Origin: Thermococcus kodakarensis KOD1
Lineage (GTDB): Archaea; Methanobacteriota_B; Thermococci; Thermococcales; Thermococcaceae
Reading direction: 5' to 3'
DNA: 32,000 nucleotides
NCBI RefSeq assembly: GCF_000009965.1
Contig: NC_006624.1
Coordinates: 2,040,001 to 2,072,000 of the forward strand
In this document: positions 16,564 through 24,830 of the stretch, piece by piece
How positions within the stretch are numbered: the stretch's first letter is position 1
Layout: each line of letters begins with the position of its first letter
Position numbers and translations under genes: made by a program
The notes under the pieces: model-generated
Seen by the model: the letters and a program-made list of their open reading frames with translations, nothing else
Database searches by the model: none
What the model was told of the DNA's origin: nothing

Positions 16564-16827
16564 TCACATTTTTCCAAGCAGCATTAAGATGCCAAAGACT
16601 ATGAACAGAACGCCAGCGCCTTTGTGAATAACTTCAATCGGTAGAACATCTCCAATTTTATCCCCAATAAGGGCACCTATCAGATTAACGGTCGCTAACC
16701 CCAGGATAGCCCCCAGAAAGGCGGTTTTCCACCCGTACTTTGAGGCGAAGGCTATTGTCGCGAGCTGGGTCTTATCCCCGAGCTCCGCCAGAAAAATAGA
16801 AACGAAGACGGCAAGCAGGTTTTCCAT
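16564..16827 (-). CDS. UPF0016 / GDT1 (TMEM165)-family membrane protein, single-repeat form
   Basis: 87 aa, 3 TM, with the signature ELGDKTQ (E-x-G-D-K/R-T/S) in the first helix. Confidence 0.75.
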   Translation of the reverse strand: MENLLAVFVSIFLAELGDKTQLATIAFASKYGWKTAFLGAILGLATVNLIGALIGDKIGDVLPIEVIHKGAGVLFIVFGILMLLGKM

Positions 16828-16836
16828 GGAACCACC

Positions 16837-18015
16837 TCACAGCTTCGAGAGGGCCTCTTTCATTCTCTCCATGGCCTCTATGAGCTTTTCCTTCTCTGTG
16901 GCGTAGCTTATCCTTATCCAGCCCTCGCCCTGCCTTCCAAAGGCAGTTCCAGGGATAACCACAACTCCAGCGTTCTCAAGGAGCCACTCGGCGAAGTCTT
17001 CGCTGGTCATATCGAGCTCCGGATCAATCTTGGCCCAGATGTAGAAAGCTCCCTTCGGTCTGAAAGGTGTTATGTGCGGCATATCGTTGAGGTACTTGAG
17101 GACGAGCTTTCTCCTCTCGTCGTACACCTGCCTCATCCTTTCGACGGCTTCCCAGCTCCTCTTGTCGCGCAGGGCCGTTATGCCCGCTATCTGGATGAAG
17201 GACGTAACGTTGCCGATGACATAAGCGTGGAGCTTTATCATATCGCGGATGACCTGCTCAGGCGCTATGGCGAAGCCGAGGCGCCAGCCCGTCATGGCGA
17301 AGGTCTTCGAGAAGCTGTTGGCGAGTATCGTGTTGTCCGGGGCGTACTTTATCATTGGGTGGTGTCTGGCTCCCTCGTAGAGGAAGTGTTCATAGGGCTC
17401 GTCGCTGAGGATGTAGATGTTGTAGTCCTGGGCTATATCGGCTATAGCCTTCGCAACGTCCTTCTTCATTATAGCTCCCGTCGGGTTGTTTGGGTAGTTC
17501 ATGACTATCATTCTTGTCCTCTTTGTTATCGCCTCAAGGAGCTCGTCAGGGTCAATGCGGAACTTGTTCTCCTCCCTGAGCGGGATGCGGATTATCCCTG
17601 CCTCGGCTATTTTGGCATCTTCGACGTAGCAGACAAAGGCCGGGTCGGGGATTATCACGTCGTCGCCCTGTTCCAGGATGCTCTCGAAGGCGAGGTAAGT
17701 AGCCTCGTACGCACCCGCGGTGACTATTATGTTGTTCATATCAACATCAACGTTGTAGAACTCCTTATAGTACTCGGCGATGGCCTCCCTAAACTCAGGG
17801 ATGCCTGCGTTGGGGGTGTAATGAGTGTAGCCTTCATCAATCGCCCTCTTGGCGGCTTCTTTTATGACCTCGGGCGTGTCAAAATCTGGCTCGCCGATGC
17901 CGAGTGAGATGACGTTTTCCATCTTGGAAGCCTTCTCAAAAAGCTCCCTTATCTTCGACCTCTGGAGGATGTTTATCCTGCCGGCCATGAAGTACTTTCT
18001 CTTCTTATACCTCAT
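16837..18015 (-). CDS. Class I/II PLP-dependent aminotransferase (aspartate/aromatic aminotransferase-like)
   Basis: 392 aa. IGEPDFDTP, NPTG and SFSKTFAMTGWRLG (PLP lysine) motifs. A consensus TATA (TTTATATA on the minus strand, ~18052-18059). An alternative start is Met10 (17988). Confidence 0.9.
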   Translation of the reverse strand: MRYKKRKYFMAGRINILQRSKIRELFEKASKMENVISLGIGEPDFDTPEVIKEAAKRAIDEGYTHYTPNAGIPEFREAIAEYYKEFYNVDVDMNNIIVTAGAYEATYLAFESILEQGDDVIIPDPAFVCYVEDAKIAEAGIIRIPLREENKFRIDPDELLEAITKRTRMIVMNYPNNPTGAIMKKDVAKAIADIAQDYNIYILSDEPYEHFLYEGARHHPMIKYAPDNTILANSFSKTFAMTGWRLGFAIAPEQVIRDMIKLHAYVIGNVTSFIQIAGITALRDKRSWEAVERMRQVYDERRKLVLKYLNDMPHITPFRPKGAFYIWAKIDPELDMTSEDFAEWLLENAGVVVIPGTAFGRQGEGWIRISYATEKEKLIEAMERMKEALSKL

Positions 18016-18101
18016 CGATGTTCCCCCCGGGCAGTTCGGGAATGATAAAGGCAGTTATATAAACCTATCCAATAGAATCGCCAAAAATGTTGTAAAAACC
18101 C

Positions 18102-18515
18102 CTATAAAACTTCGACTAAGGCGCTTTTTTCAAAGAATCTTTTCACTTCCTCATCGGAACAGTCCTTGATTTCGATCTCTTCGAGACCAAGGCTTCTTAG
18201 AATCTCTTCTGCCTCCGAGTTGTCCCCAAACACTACGAGGTAGTTGGGGCCGTTTTTGGCTCCTACCTCTTTTATTGCTTCCCTTATCTGGTGGGTTCCA
18301 GCCAAGCGGAGGAGCAGCTCCCCCCCAAGAGTTTTTGCGTGGGGGGTGCCCCTTTTTACTGCCCTCTCAGCGAGTACTGCCGCGAAGGCCACCGCTCTCC
18401 AGCACTCAACGCTAACTAGTTGCACATTCGAACCTAAGTAACCGAGTATATCATCAACATTGTGTACATCGACTCTCGCTATATGTATGCTTTTGGTTAC
18501 GGGGATCACCCTCAA
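18102..18515 (-). CDS. cgi121: KEOPS complex subunit Cgi121
   Basis: AKTLGGELLLRLAGTHQIREAIKEVGAKNGPNYLVVFGD aligns well with the M. jannaschii Cgi121 core as I recall it (AKSFWMEILVRASGQRQIHEAIKIIGAKDGNVCLICED). The track start is TTG 18515. GTG 18509 is better spaced from the AGGTGAT SD. Confidence 0.8.
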   Translation of the reverse strand: MRVIPVTKSIHIARVDVHNVDDILGYLGSNVQLVSVECWRAVAFAAVLAERAVKRGTPHAKTLGGELLLRLAGTHQIREAIKEVGAKNGPNYLVVFGDNSEAEEILRSLGLEEIEIKDCSDEEVKRFFEKSALVEVL

Positions 18516-18556
18516 TCACCTGTCTCATCGTTCAGAAATGGGCCTTAAAAGAGTTC

Positions 18557-18573
18557 TTCAAAAAATTTTTGAA
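18557..18573. promoter_or_regulatory. Near-perfect AT palindrome TTCAAAAA-A-TTTTTGAA in the cgi121/cdrS divergent promoter region
   Basis: Read directly. It lies in a 154-bp very AT-rich intergenic region, ~100 nt upstream of the RHH gene. Confidence 0.3.
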
Positions 18574-18669
18574 AATCATAATATCAAAATATTAAAATTA
18601 AGCCACAAAGTATTTAACTACTTAAATCATTAACTAATTCAGCGGCCTGGTGAACTGGGTGGTGCAGGG

Positions 18670-18861
18670 ATGAGCAGAATGAGGATCATCAGCGTCCAGC
18701 TCCCGCAGGGGCTAATAAACGCCATGGATCAGCTCGTCAAAAAAGGCGTTTATCCGAACAGGAGTGAGGTCATTCGTGAGGCCATCCGCGAACTTCTGAA
18801 AAAGGAACTGTACCGCCTGGAGACTGAAGAACGCTCAACGCCGGACTACATCATCAAATAA
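18670..18861 (+). CDS. cdrS: Ribbon-helix-helix (CopG-like) DNA-binding protein upstream of ftsZ, CdrS-like
   Basis: 63 aa. An RHH pattern with beta strand RIISVQLPQGLI, then helices (NAMDQLVKKG, NRSEVIREAIRELL). It lies 58 nt upstream of ftsZ on the same strand. GGTGGTG SD. Confidence 0.7.
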   Translation: MSRMRIISVQLPQGLINAMDQLVKKGVYPNRSEVIREAIRELLKKELYRLETEERSTPDYIIK

Positions 18862-18919
18862 GTGCTAAAATTAGTGATAAAATAATGTTGGAATCTCCGA
18901 TGGGAGAGGGGGTTGGAAA

Positions 18920-20161
18920 ATGGTGTTTAAACTGCTCGAGCAGGCGGGGATAAAAATAGACCTGGACGATGAGCCAAAAAAAGTTCAAACTGCACCTCAG
19001 TTCGATGACGACGATGAGAACGAAATAAGGATAGTTATAGTGGGCGTCGGTGGCTCTGGAAACAACACTATAACAAGGCTTTACGATCTCGGTGTTCAGG
19101 GTGCCGAGCTTATTGCCATGAACACAGACGCGCAGGCCCTCAAGCACGCCAAAGCTCACAAGAAACTCCTCCTTGGAAAGGATCTGACCCAGGGAAAGGG
19201 TTCTGGCGGCGATCCAGAAGTTGGATACCGTGCCGCAGAGGCGAGTGCACATGAGATAGCCGAGACAATTGGGGACGCTGACCTGGTATTCATAACGGCC
19301 GGAATGGGTAACGGAACTGGTACAGGTGCCGCTCCCGTCGTTGCCAGGGTTATAAAGGAGCGCGCCCGCCACAACGGCCGCTTTAGAGAGCCTCTCGTCA
19401 TAAGCGTTGTTACCTACCCGTTTAAGAACGAAGGAAAGATCAGGGAAGAGAAAGCCAAAGCTGGAATAAAGGCCCTCCTGTACTATTCGGACACAGTCGT
19501 AATAATTGAGAACGACAAGCTCCTCCAGCTCGTCCCCAAGCTTCCGATCAACGCGGCATTCCGCTTTGCGGATGAGATTATAGCCAGGATGGTCAAGGGC
19601 ATAACCGAAACTATAAAGCTCCCGTCCATGGTGAACATAGACTTCGCCGACGTTTACAGCATAATGCACAACGGCGGTGCTGCCCTCATAGGTATCGGTG
19701 AAAGCGACTCAAGCAACAGGGCCGTTGACGCCGTCAAGAACGCTCTCCAGAACAAGCTCCTCGACGTGGAGTACGGCAGTGGAGAGAAGGCACTCGTCCA
19801 CTTCACAGTTGGTCCCGACGTCAGCCTCGGTGAAATCAACGAGGCCATGAACATCGTCTATGAGAAGCTTGGCGAAAAGAGCGAAATCAAGTGGGGTGCC
19901 AGGATAGACGAGGACATGGGTAAGATGGTCCGCGCCATGGTCATAATGACCGGCGTCAAGAGCCCGCACATCCTCGGCGGTGAAACAGCCCTCCAGCTCC
20001 CAGTGAAGGAGTCCCTGCTCCCAGCTGAGCCAAAAGCAGGATTCAACTCCTTTGAGGACAAGATATACAAGGTGATATCTCGCAAGTCCGACGAAAAGCC
20101 GGGAAGTGACATGAGGGGATACATAAACAAGCTCCTGGCCGATTTCGACGATCTCAGCTGA
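18920..20161 (+). CDS. ftsZ: Cell division GTPase FtsZ (paralogue with N- and C-terminal extensions; FtsZ2-like by context)
   Basis: 413 aa. GVGGSGNN, tubulin signature [10 protein letters not shown]7 loop NIDFADV, and a conserved C-terminal peptide-like tail. Confidence 0.93.
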   Translation: MVFKLLEQAGIKIDLDDEPKKVQTAPQFDDDDENEIRIVIVGVGGSGNNTITRLYDLGVQGAELIAMNTDAQALKHAKAHKKLLLGKDLTQGKGSGGDPEVGYRAAEASAHEIAETIGDADLVFITAGMGNGTGTGAAPVVARVIKERARHNGRFREPLVISVVTYPFKNEGKIREEKAKAGIKALLYYSDTVVIIENDKLLQLVPKLPINAAFRFADEIIARMVKGITETIKLPSMVNIDFADVYSIMHNGGAALIGIGESDSSNRAVDAVKNALQNKLLDVEYGSGEKALVHFTVGPDVSLGEINEAMNIVYEKLGEKSEIKWGARIDEDMGKMVRAMVIMTGVKSPHILGGETALQLPVKESLLPAEPKAGFNSFEDKIYKVISRKSDEKPGSDMRGYINKLLADFDDLS

Positions 20162-20187
20162 CTTTTATTCCTTTTAGGGTGAAACCG

Positions 20188-20958
20188 ATGGCAGTCGTAA
20201 TCAGCGTTGCCAATCAGAAGGGGGGAGTGGGCAAGACAACGCTCACGATGAACCTCGGCTTCGCCCTTTCCGAGATGGGCAAGAGGGTTCTCCTGGTTGA
20301 CGTTGACCCCCAGTTCAACCTCACCTTTGGTCTAATCGGGATGAAGGTTCTTGAGCACTCCAGCAGGAACGTTGGAACGCTGATGACAAGGGAAAGCGAG
20401 ATTGAGGAGACCATTGTCCCTGTCAAGGAGAACCTTGATCTCATTCCAAGCCATTTGAACCTATCGGCCAAGGAGATCGAGATAATAAACGCCTACAACC
20501 GTGAGAGACGACTTGAAAAGGCCCTTATCCCGGTACTCCCAGACTACGACTACGTCCTCATTGACAACCCGCCCAGCATGGGAATATTCCTCGTGAATTC
20601 TCTCACCGCGTCGGACTACGTTCTGATACCGCTCGAGCTTAGCTACTTCGGAGTAATCGGCATGCAGCTCATGTTCAACCTGATGAGAATGATCAGGGAG
20701 GAGACCAACGAGAACCTCAAGCTCCTCGGCCTCGTTCCCAATAAGTTTACCAAGCAAACAAAAGTCCCGAAGATGCGCCTCAAGGAGCTGAAGGAGGCCT
20801 ATCCAGACGCTCCAATACTGACCACGATACCAAAGGCCATAGCCCTAGAAAAGGCCCAGAGTGAGGGTAAGAGCATATTTGAGTTTGAGCCGAACGGTAG
20901 GGCTTCTAAGGCCTTCCAAAAGCTTGCCAAAGAGGTGGTTGAAATTGTCGAAGGATAA
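20188..20958 (+). CDS. parA: ParA/Soj-type deviant Walker A ATPase
   Basis: ANQKGGVGKTT (signature Lys + P-loop), DVDPQ and IDNPPS motifs, giving 256 aa from ATG 20188 (GGGTGA SD 6 nt upstream; the track ORF starts at GTG 20179). Confidence 0.85.
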   Translation: MAVVISVANQKGGVGKTTLTMNLGFALSEMGKRVLLVDVDPQFNLTFGLIGMKVLEHSSRNVGTLMTRESEIEETIVPVKENLDLIPSHLNLSAKEIEIINAYNRERRLEKALIPVLPDYDYVLIDNPPSMGIFLVNSLTASDYVLIPLELSYFGVIGMQLMFNLMRMIREETNENLKLLGLVPNKFTKQTKVPKMRLKELKEAYPDAPILTTIPKAIALEKAQSEGKSIFEFEPNGRASKAFQKLAKEVVEIVEG

Positions 20959-21049
20959 ACTCCCGAGGCTTTTTGACGGCTCAATAAACGAGTTGACCCG
21001 CCCTTCTAAGCCCAAGAAAGAGAAAACCACCGATTTGAAGAAGGATAAA

Positions 21050-21271
21050 ATGCAGAAGACTCTCTACATCACCAAAGATATGAACAGAAAGCTCATCGAG
21101 CTCTACGGTGAGGAGGGGAGGAGACAGAGCATAATAGTCGAGGATGCGGTCAACCTGTACTACTACCTCAAGCGGGCCCTCGGCGAGAAGAAGTTCGAGG
21201 AGCTAATGAGCGCGGTCAAAAGGGAAGACCCCGAATTCCTTCGCGATTATCTGAGCAGGTTTAAGCTCTAA
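21050..21271 (+). CDS. Small ribbon-helix-helix-like protein downstream of parA (candidate ParG-like centromere-binding partner)
   Basis: 73 aa from ATG 21050. KTLYITKDMNRKLIELYGEEGRRQSIIVEDAVNLYYYL fits beta-alpha-alpha. An in-frame TTG at 20945 overlapping the parA stop would add a Lys/Arg-rich 35-aa tail. The track start at 20861 inside parA is unlikely. Confidence 0.55.
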   Translation: MQKTLYITKDMNRKLIELYGEEGRRQSIIVEDAVNLYYYLKRALGEKKFEELMSAVKREDPEFLRDYLSRFKL

Positions 21272-21356
21272 TCAGACGCTTCAATTTAGAGGTTTAATAA
21301 AACTCTTTAAAATCAAACCCTGAAAATCACTAAACTGCTGAAATCAGGGAGTTCAA

Positions 21357-21806
21357 TCATTCACAGAAGGTTTCCACAATCCTTTGGATTATTTTGCTCG
21401 TCTTCGCCCTGTCGCTCTTGTAGAGGTAGGGTATCCGTATCACTTCGGCGTTTATCCCGTGCTTTCTCAGTTCCTCCTTCAGCTTTTCACAGTTGAAGAA
21501 CTGGTCTGGGCCGATTGCTATGACGTCAGGGTCTATTCTCTTCACTAGCTCCATGTCTATCGTCCCGGGCGTTCCTATGTAAACTTCATCCACATACCTT
21601 ATCGCCCTTAGAAGTTCGGCCCTGTCTTCTGCTGGGTTTATGGGCTCTCTCCTCTTCTGCATCCTCACGGTCTCGTCGTGTGCAACTATAACGACCAGCT
21701 CGTCACCAAGCTCCTTGGCCTGCTTCAAAAAATGGATGTGGCCGACGTGGAGGATGTCAAAGACTCCCCCAACTAGGACCCTGATCTTCTTCCGCTTCTC
21801 TTCCAT
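21357..21806 (-). CDS. ribL: Archaeal FAD synthetase RibL (cytidylyltransferase-family FMN adenylyltransferase)
   Basis: 149 aa. [15 protein letters not shown] (HxGH nucleotidyltransferase motif) and size typical of RibL. Confidence 0.8.
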   Translation of the reverse strand: MEEKRKKIRVLVGGVFDILHVGHIHFLKQAKELGDELVVIVAHDETVRMQKRREPINPAEDRAELLRAIRYVDEVYIGTPGTIDMELVKRIDPDVIAIGPDQFFNCEKLKEELRKHGINAEVIRIPYLYKSDRAKTSKIIQRIVETFCE

Positions 21807-21807
21807 T

Positions 21808-22329
21808 TCATCCCACCGTGACCTGCCAGATTTTATCCTTCGCGTGGTGGATGTTCTTCACGGCCTTGCCCTTTGGCTTCTCCTTCATCTTCCTGCCGTC
21901 CATGAGGGCTATCCCTATCGCCAGGGGCCTTCCGTAGTTCTCCTCGACCACGAAGACGAAGTCGCCCTCGTTGATGTTCTCGTCTGCGTCAACTATGCCA
22001 GCCGCCATAACGTCGGCACCGTTCAGGATGTATGGAACTGCGCCCTCATCCACAACGACCCTCCTCGGCCACTTCCTCAGGTCTTCTTCGTTAGAGAGCT
22101 CGTAGAGCGCTATGACGAGGGGAAAAACAAGCTCCTTTCTCCTTATGAAGAAGGGCTTCCCGTTCACGAGGAGAATTTCGGTGGTCTTGTCGAACTCAGC
22201 CACTTCCACCCTGTCCTTCTTGTTCAGCATTTTCTTCGCTATCTCCTCGCCGAAGATCTCGCTCATCTCGCGGATTATCTCCTTTATTTCCTTCTTGCTG
22301 AGGGGGTGTTTGACTTTCAACTCCATCAA
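21808..22329 (-). CDS. PUA-domain RNA-binding protein (pre-PUA + PUA, Tma20/MCT-1-like)
   Basis: 173 aa. The C-terminal PUA-like segment [23 protein letters not shown]...GDFVFVV...[11 protein letters not shown]. Confidence 0.7.
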   Translation of the reverse strand: MMELKVKHPLSKKEIKEIIREMSEIFGEEIAKKMLNKKDRVEVAEFDKTTEILLVNGKPFFIRRKELVFPLVIALYELSNEEDLRKWPRRVVVDEGAVPYILNGADVMAAGIVDADENINEGDFVFVVEENYGRPLAIGIALMDGRKMKEKPKGKAVKNIHHAKDKIWQVTVG

Positions 22330-22967
22330 ACCACCTCCAGAATTTCCTCATAGAGTCTCCTTGCTGCCTCGCGCGGGTTATTACTGCCGTAGATCGAGCG
22401 CCCGACTATCACGTAGTCAGCACCGGCCTTGATGGCATCACTGGCTTTCCCACCCTGGGCACCCACTCCGGGAGTCAAAATCCTTATCCCCCTCTCGAGC
22501 CTTGAACGGATGTACGAGACCCGCTCCGGCCTGGTCGCAGGAGCTATTACGCCGAAGGGTTCCAGCTCGTTTGCAAGTTCGATCAGCTTGTCGGTGACGG
22601 GCTGAATGAACTCTTTAGCTCCGGGATGGCTCATCTCGACAACGATGATCGTTTTTCCAAGCTCCATAACGGCCTCAACGCTGTCCCTGCCTACGAAGCC
22701 GTGGGCAATTATGTAGTCTGCCCCAGCCTCGAATACTTTACTCGCTATCAGTCTGTTCGTGTTGGGGATATCAGCGAGTTTGAGGTCGGCTATTATCGGA
22801 AGCCCTGTGACCTGCTTGAGCTCGGTGATTATCTTCAATCCGGAACCGATGATGAGGGGCCAGTTTACCTTAATTGCCCAGAGGTAATCTGCTGTGCACT
22901 CCGCTATCTCAAGTGCCCTCTCCCTATCATAAACGTCGAGCGCCAGAATGAGCCTGCTCTCCTCCAT
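22326..22967 (-). CDS. pyrF: Orotidine 5'-phosphate decarboxylase
   Basis: 213 aa. LILALDV, IADLKLADIPNT and the C-terminal VIVGRSI motifs. Confidence 0.9.
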   Translation of the reverse strand: MEESRLILALDVYDRERALEIAECTADYLWAIKVNWPLIIGSGLKIITELKQVTGLPIIADLKLADIPNTNRLIASKVFEAGADYIIAHGFVGRDSVEAVMELGKTIIVVEMSHPGAKEFIQPVTDKLIELANELEPFGVIAPATRPERVSYIRSRLERGIRILTPGVGAQGGKASDAIKAGADYVIVGRSIYGSNNPREAARRLYEEILEVV

Positions 22968-22971
22968 CTCC

Positions 22972-23574
22972 TCACCTCACGAGAGACTTGAGTTCTTCGG
23001 GGATTTCGTCATTCTTTAAGGTCAGGGCAACGTGATAGGCGCTCTTCATGGCATCTGACGGGTTTTCTGCCCATGTCACGACGATTAGGTCTCCATCTGA
23101 GAAGTTCAGGACTTCCTCAATGTTCATTGCAAGTTCTTCCATTGTATCTCTCAGCGGCCTCTCGTCCTCGGGGAAGACAGGTTCTCCGTTTTTAACGATC
23201 AGTATCATGGCCCCCTTTGCGAAGAACCTTATTGCCTCGTCCCTCAGCTCGATGCTCTTGAACTGAGGCGGGTTTTTAACGACGATAGCATAGGCGGGCA
23301 TTCCATCGACTTTCCCAACGAAGTGTGCCTCCGAGAATAGCCCCTTAAGCCTCTCAAGGAGTTTTTTCCCTGTTTTGCTTAGAAAGTGCCCACGCTGGGC
23401 CGAATCTATGACATCAATCCAGTTGAGCTTTTTGAGTAGAGTCCTGACGCTGCCTTCGCCGATGTCGAGAGTTTCGGCGATTGCCTTTCTCCCAATCGGT
23501 TCCCTCAGAAGAAAAATCGTTGCAATGACGTCTTCAAGAGTAAACTCGGGATAAGCTCCCCTCTTCCAGCTCAT
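22972..23574 (-). CDS. Archaeal winged-helix regulator-like protein (possibly DUF4443 family)
   Basis: 200 aa. The N-terminal wHTH-like IGRKAIAETLDIGEGSVRTLLKKL plus a C-terminal domain of unknown function. The family name is from memory only. Confidence 0.45.
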   Translation of the reverse strand: MSWKRGAYPEFTLEDVIATIFLLREPIGRKAIAETLDIGEGSVRTLLKKLNWIDVIDSAQRGHFLSKTGKKLLERLKGLFSEAHFVGKVDGMPAYAIVVKNPPQFKSIELRDEAIRFFAKGAMILIVKNGEPVFPEDERPLRDTMEELAMNIEEVLNFSDGDLIVVTWAENPSDAMKSAYHVALTLKNDEIPEELKSLVR

Positions 23575-23624
23575 TGGTTTCCCTCCAGAAGAAGTGGGAG
23601 GAAGTTATTAAAAAAGTTGCCGAA

Positions 23625-23657
23625 AGGGAGAAAAAGCCCTCAGAGCCACCTGGGCTT
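23625..23657 (-). terminator. Hairpin + U-tract at the end of the MIPS gene
   Basis: The minus strand reads AAGCCC-AGGTGGCTCTGA-GGGCTTTTTCTCCC. The 6-bp stem encloses the TGA stop and is followed by T5. Confidence 0.35.
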
Positions 23658-24788
23658 CAGCCCGGCCCACATCCTCATCTTCTCGTGGGCGATTATCCTC
23701 GGTATGTTCCTGGCCTCCTTAGGTCCGGGGTTCTTCATGTAGAAGGCGTTGACCTCGTAGACGGTTCCGAACTCCTTCTTCTCGATAGCTATCTTTCCGA
23801 GCCTGACGAGGTCAACGAGCAGGCCAGCGAGGGCAGGGCTGTCGTTTATCCTGCCGGTGATGACGAGCTCGTCGTGGGCACCGTTGAAGCTGACGTACTC
23901 GATGTGCATGGCTATGAACTTCTTGTCGCCGAGCGGTTCGAGGAAGCCGGTCGGCTTGATGTAGTGCGGGGCGTTGTAGCCGAGCAGGTCCTCAACGACC
24001 GAGCTCTTGGTGAACTCCTTGCTTCTGTTCCTCTCCTCATCGGTTAAAGCCAGGAAGTCCTGGTTTCCACCTATGTTGAACTGGGCTATGTCGAGGACGT
24101 AGCGGTTCCTCTGGGCGAGGTGGCTGAGAATGTCTGCGGTAAGCGGTGTTGCACCTGTTGCACCGTCGTCACCGAAGATAACTAGGTTGCTCTCCTTCGC
24201 AAGCTCAACGAAGACCGGGTCGTTCGCTATGAGGGTTGGAATGGCATTGACGAAGGCCGCTCCACCGACTTCCTTGGCATACTTGGCGGCTGCATACACG
24301 TAGAACTGTGTCGCTGTGAGCCTCTCCTTGTTGTTCTCCTCGATGGCCTTCTCAAGCTCCTCCCTGCTCTCGAACGGGACGAATGCCTCTGTTGTGCAGA
24401 CGTTCACGAAAACATCAGGCTTAAGCTCCTTCCACTCGTTAACGAGGTGGTCAACAGCCTCCTTAAGCGTCATCTCGTCGTCGAGGCCGGTAGGGGTGAG
24501 CGGAAGGTTCCTGAGGCTTCCGAGGTGGACGCCCTTCCTTATGGTTATTCCCCTGAGGCTCTCCGGGGCATCGGGGTCGTAGCTCTTAACGACTTCATAG
24601 AGGTCCTTTCCAACCTTGTTGGAGTCAACGTCGTATGAACCCACGATCTCGATGTCCTTTATCTTAATCGGAAGCTCATCTGCCAGCGGGACTCCGTAGG
24701 GCTCCATCTTCCCTGCCTTTATCTTCTCAAGCCCGCTCGCGAAGATGCTGGCAACGTATCCCTGTCCGAGTATGACAACCCTCACCAT
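23640..24788 (-). CDS. ino1: myo-Inositol-1-phosphate synthase (MIPS)
   Basis: 382 aa. The N-terminal Rossmann VVILGQGYVAS, and length/sequence typical of archaeal MIPS. Strong GGAGGTGA SD. Confidence 0.9.
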   Translation of the reverse strand: MVRVVILGQGYVASIFASGLEKIKAGKMEPYGVPLADELPIKIKDIEIVGSYDVDSNKVGKDLYEVVKSYDPDAPESLRGITIRKGVHLGSLRNLPLTPTGLDDEMTLKEAVDHLVNEWKELKPDVFVNVCTTEAFVPFESREELEKAIEENNKERLTATQFYVYAAAKYAKEVGGAAFVNAIPTLIANDPVFVELAKESNLVIFGDDGATGATPLTADILSHLAQRNRYVLDIAQFNIGGNQDFLALTDEERNRSKEFTKSSVVEDLLGYNAPHYIKPTGFLEPLGDKKFIAMHIEYVSFNGAHDELVITGRINDSPALAGLLVDLVRLGKIAIEKKEFGTVYEVNAFYMKNPGPKEARNIPRIIAHEKMRMWAGLKPRWL

Positions 24789-24809
24789 CTTCCTTCACCT
24801 CCTTTAGTG

Positions 24810-24827
24810 CTGTAAGATATTTTACAG
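24810..24827. promoter_or_regulatory. Perfect inverted repeat CTGTAA-N6-TTACAG between IPCT/DIPPS and MIPS genes
   Basis: Read directly. It overlaps a TATA-like GTAAAATATC (minus strand) ~30 nt upstream of the MIPS ATG. Confidence 0.35.
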
Positions 24828-24830
24828 TAG

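Noticed and set aside
20861-21049. N-terminal 63 codons of the 136-aa track ORF downstream of parA.
   Set aside because: The first 98 nt lie inside parA in another frame, and its ATG there has no SD. The gene more plausibly begins at ATG 21050, or at TTG 20945 overlapping the parA stop.
21318-21349. CCCTGA...TCAGGG inverted repeat with CTGAAA(A)TCA direct repeats downstream of the small RHH gene, considered as a centromere-like site.
   Set aside because: It has only a 6-bp stem and two short direct repeats between convergent gene ends. It is more simply a shared terminator region and is too short to call.
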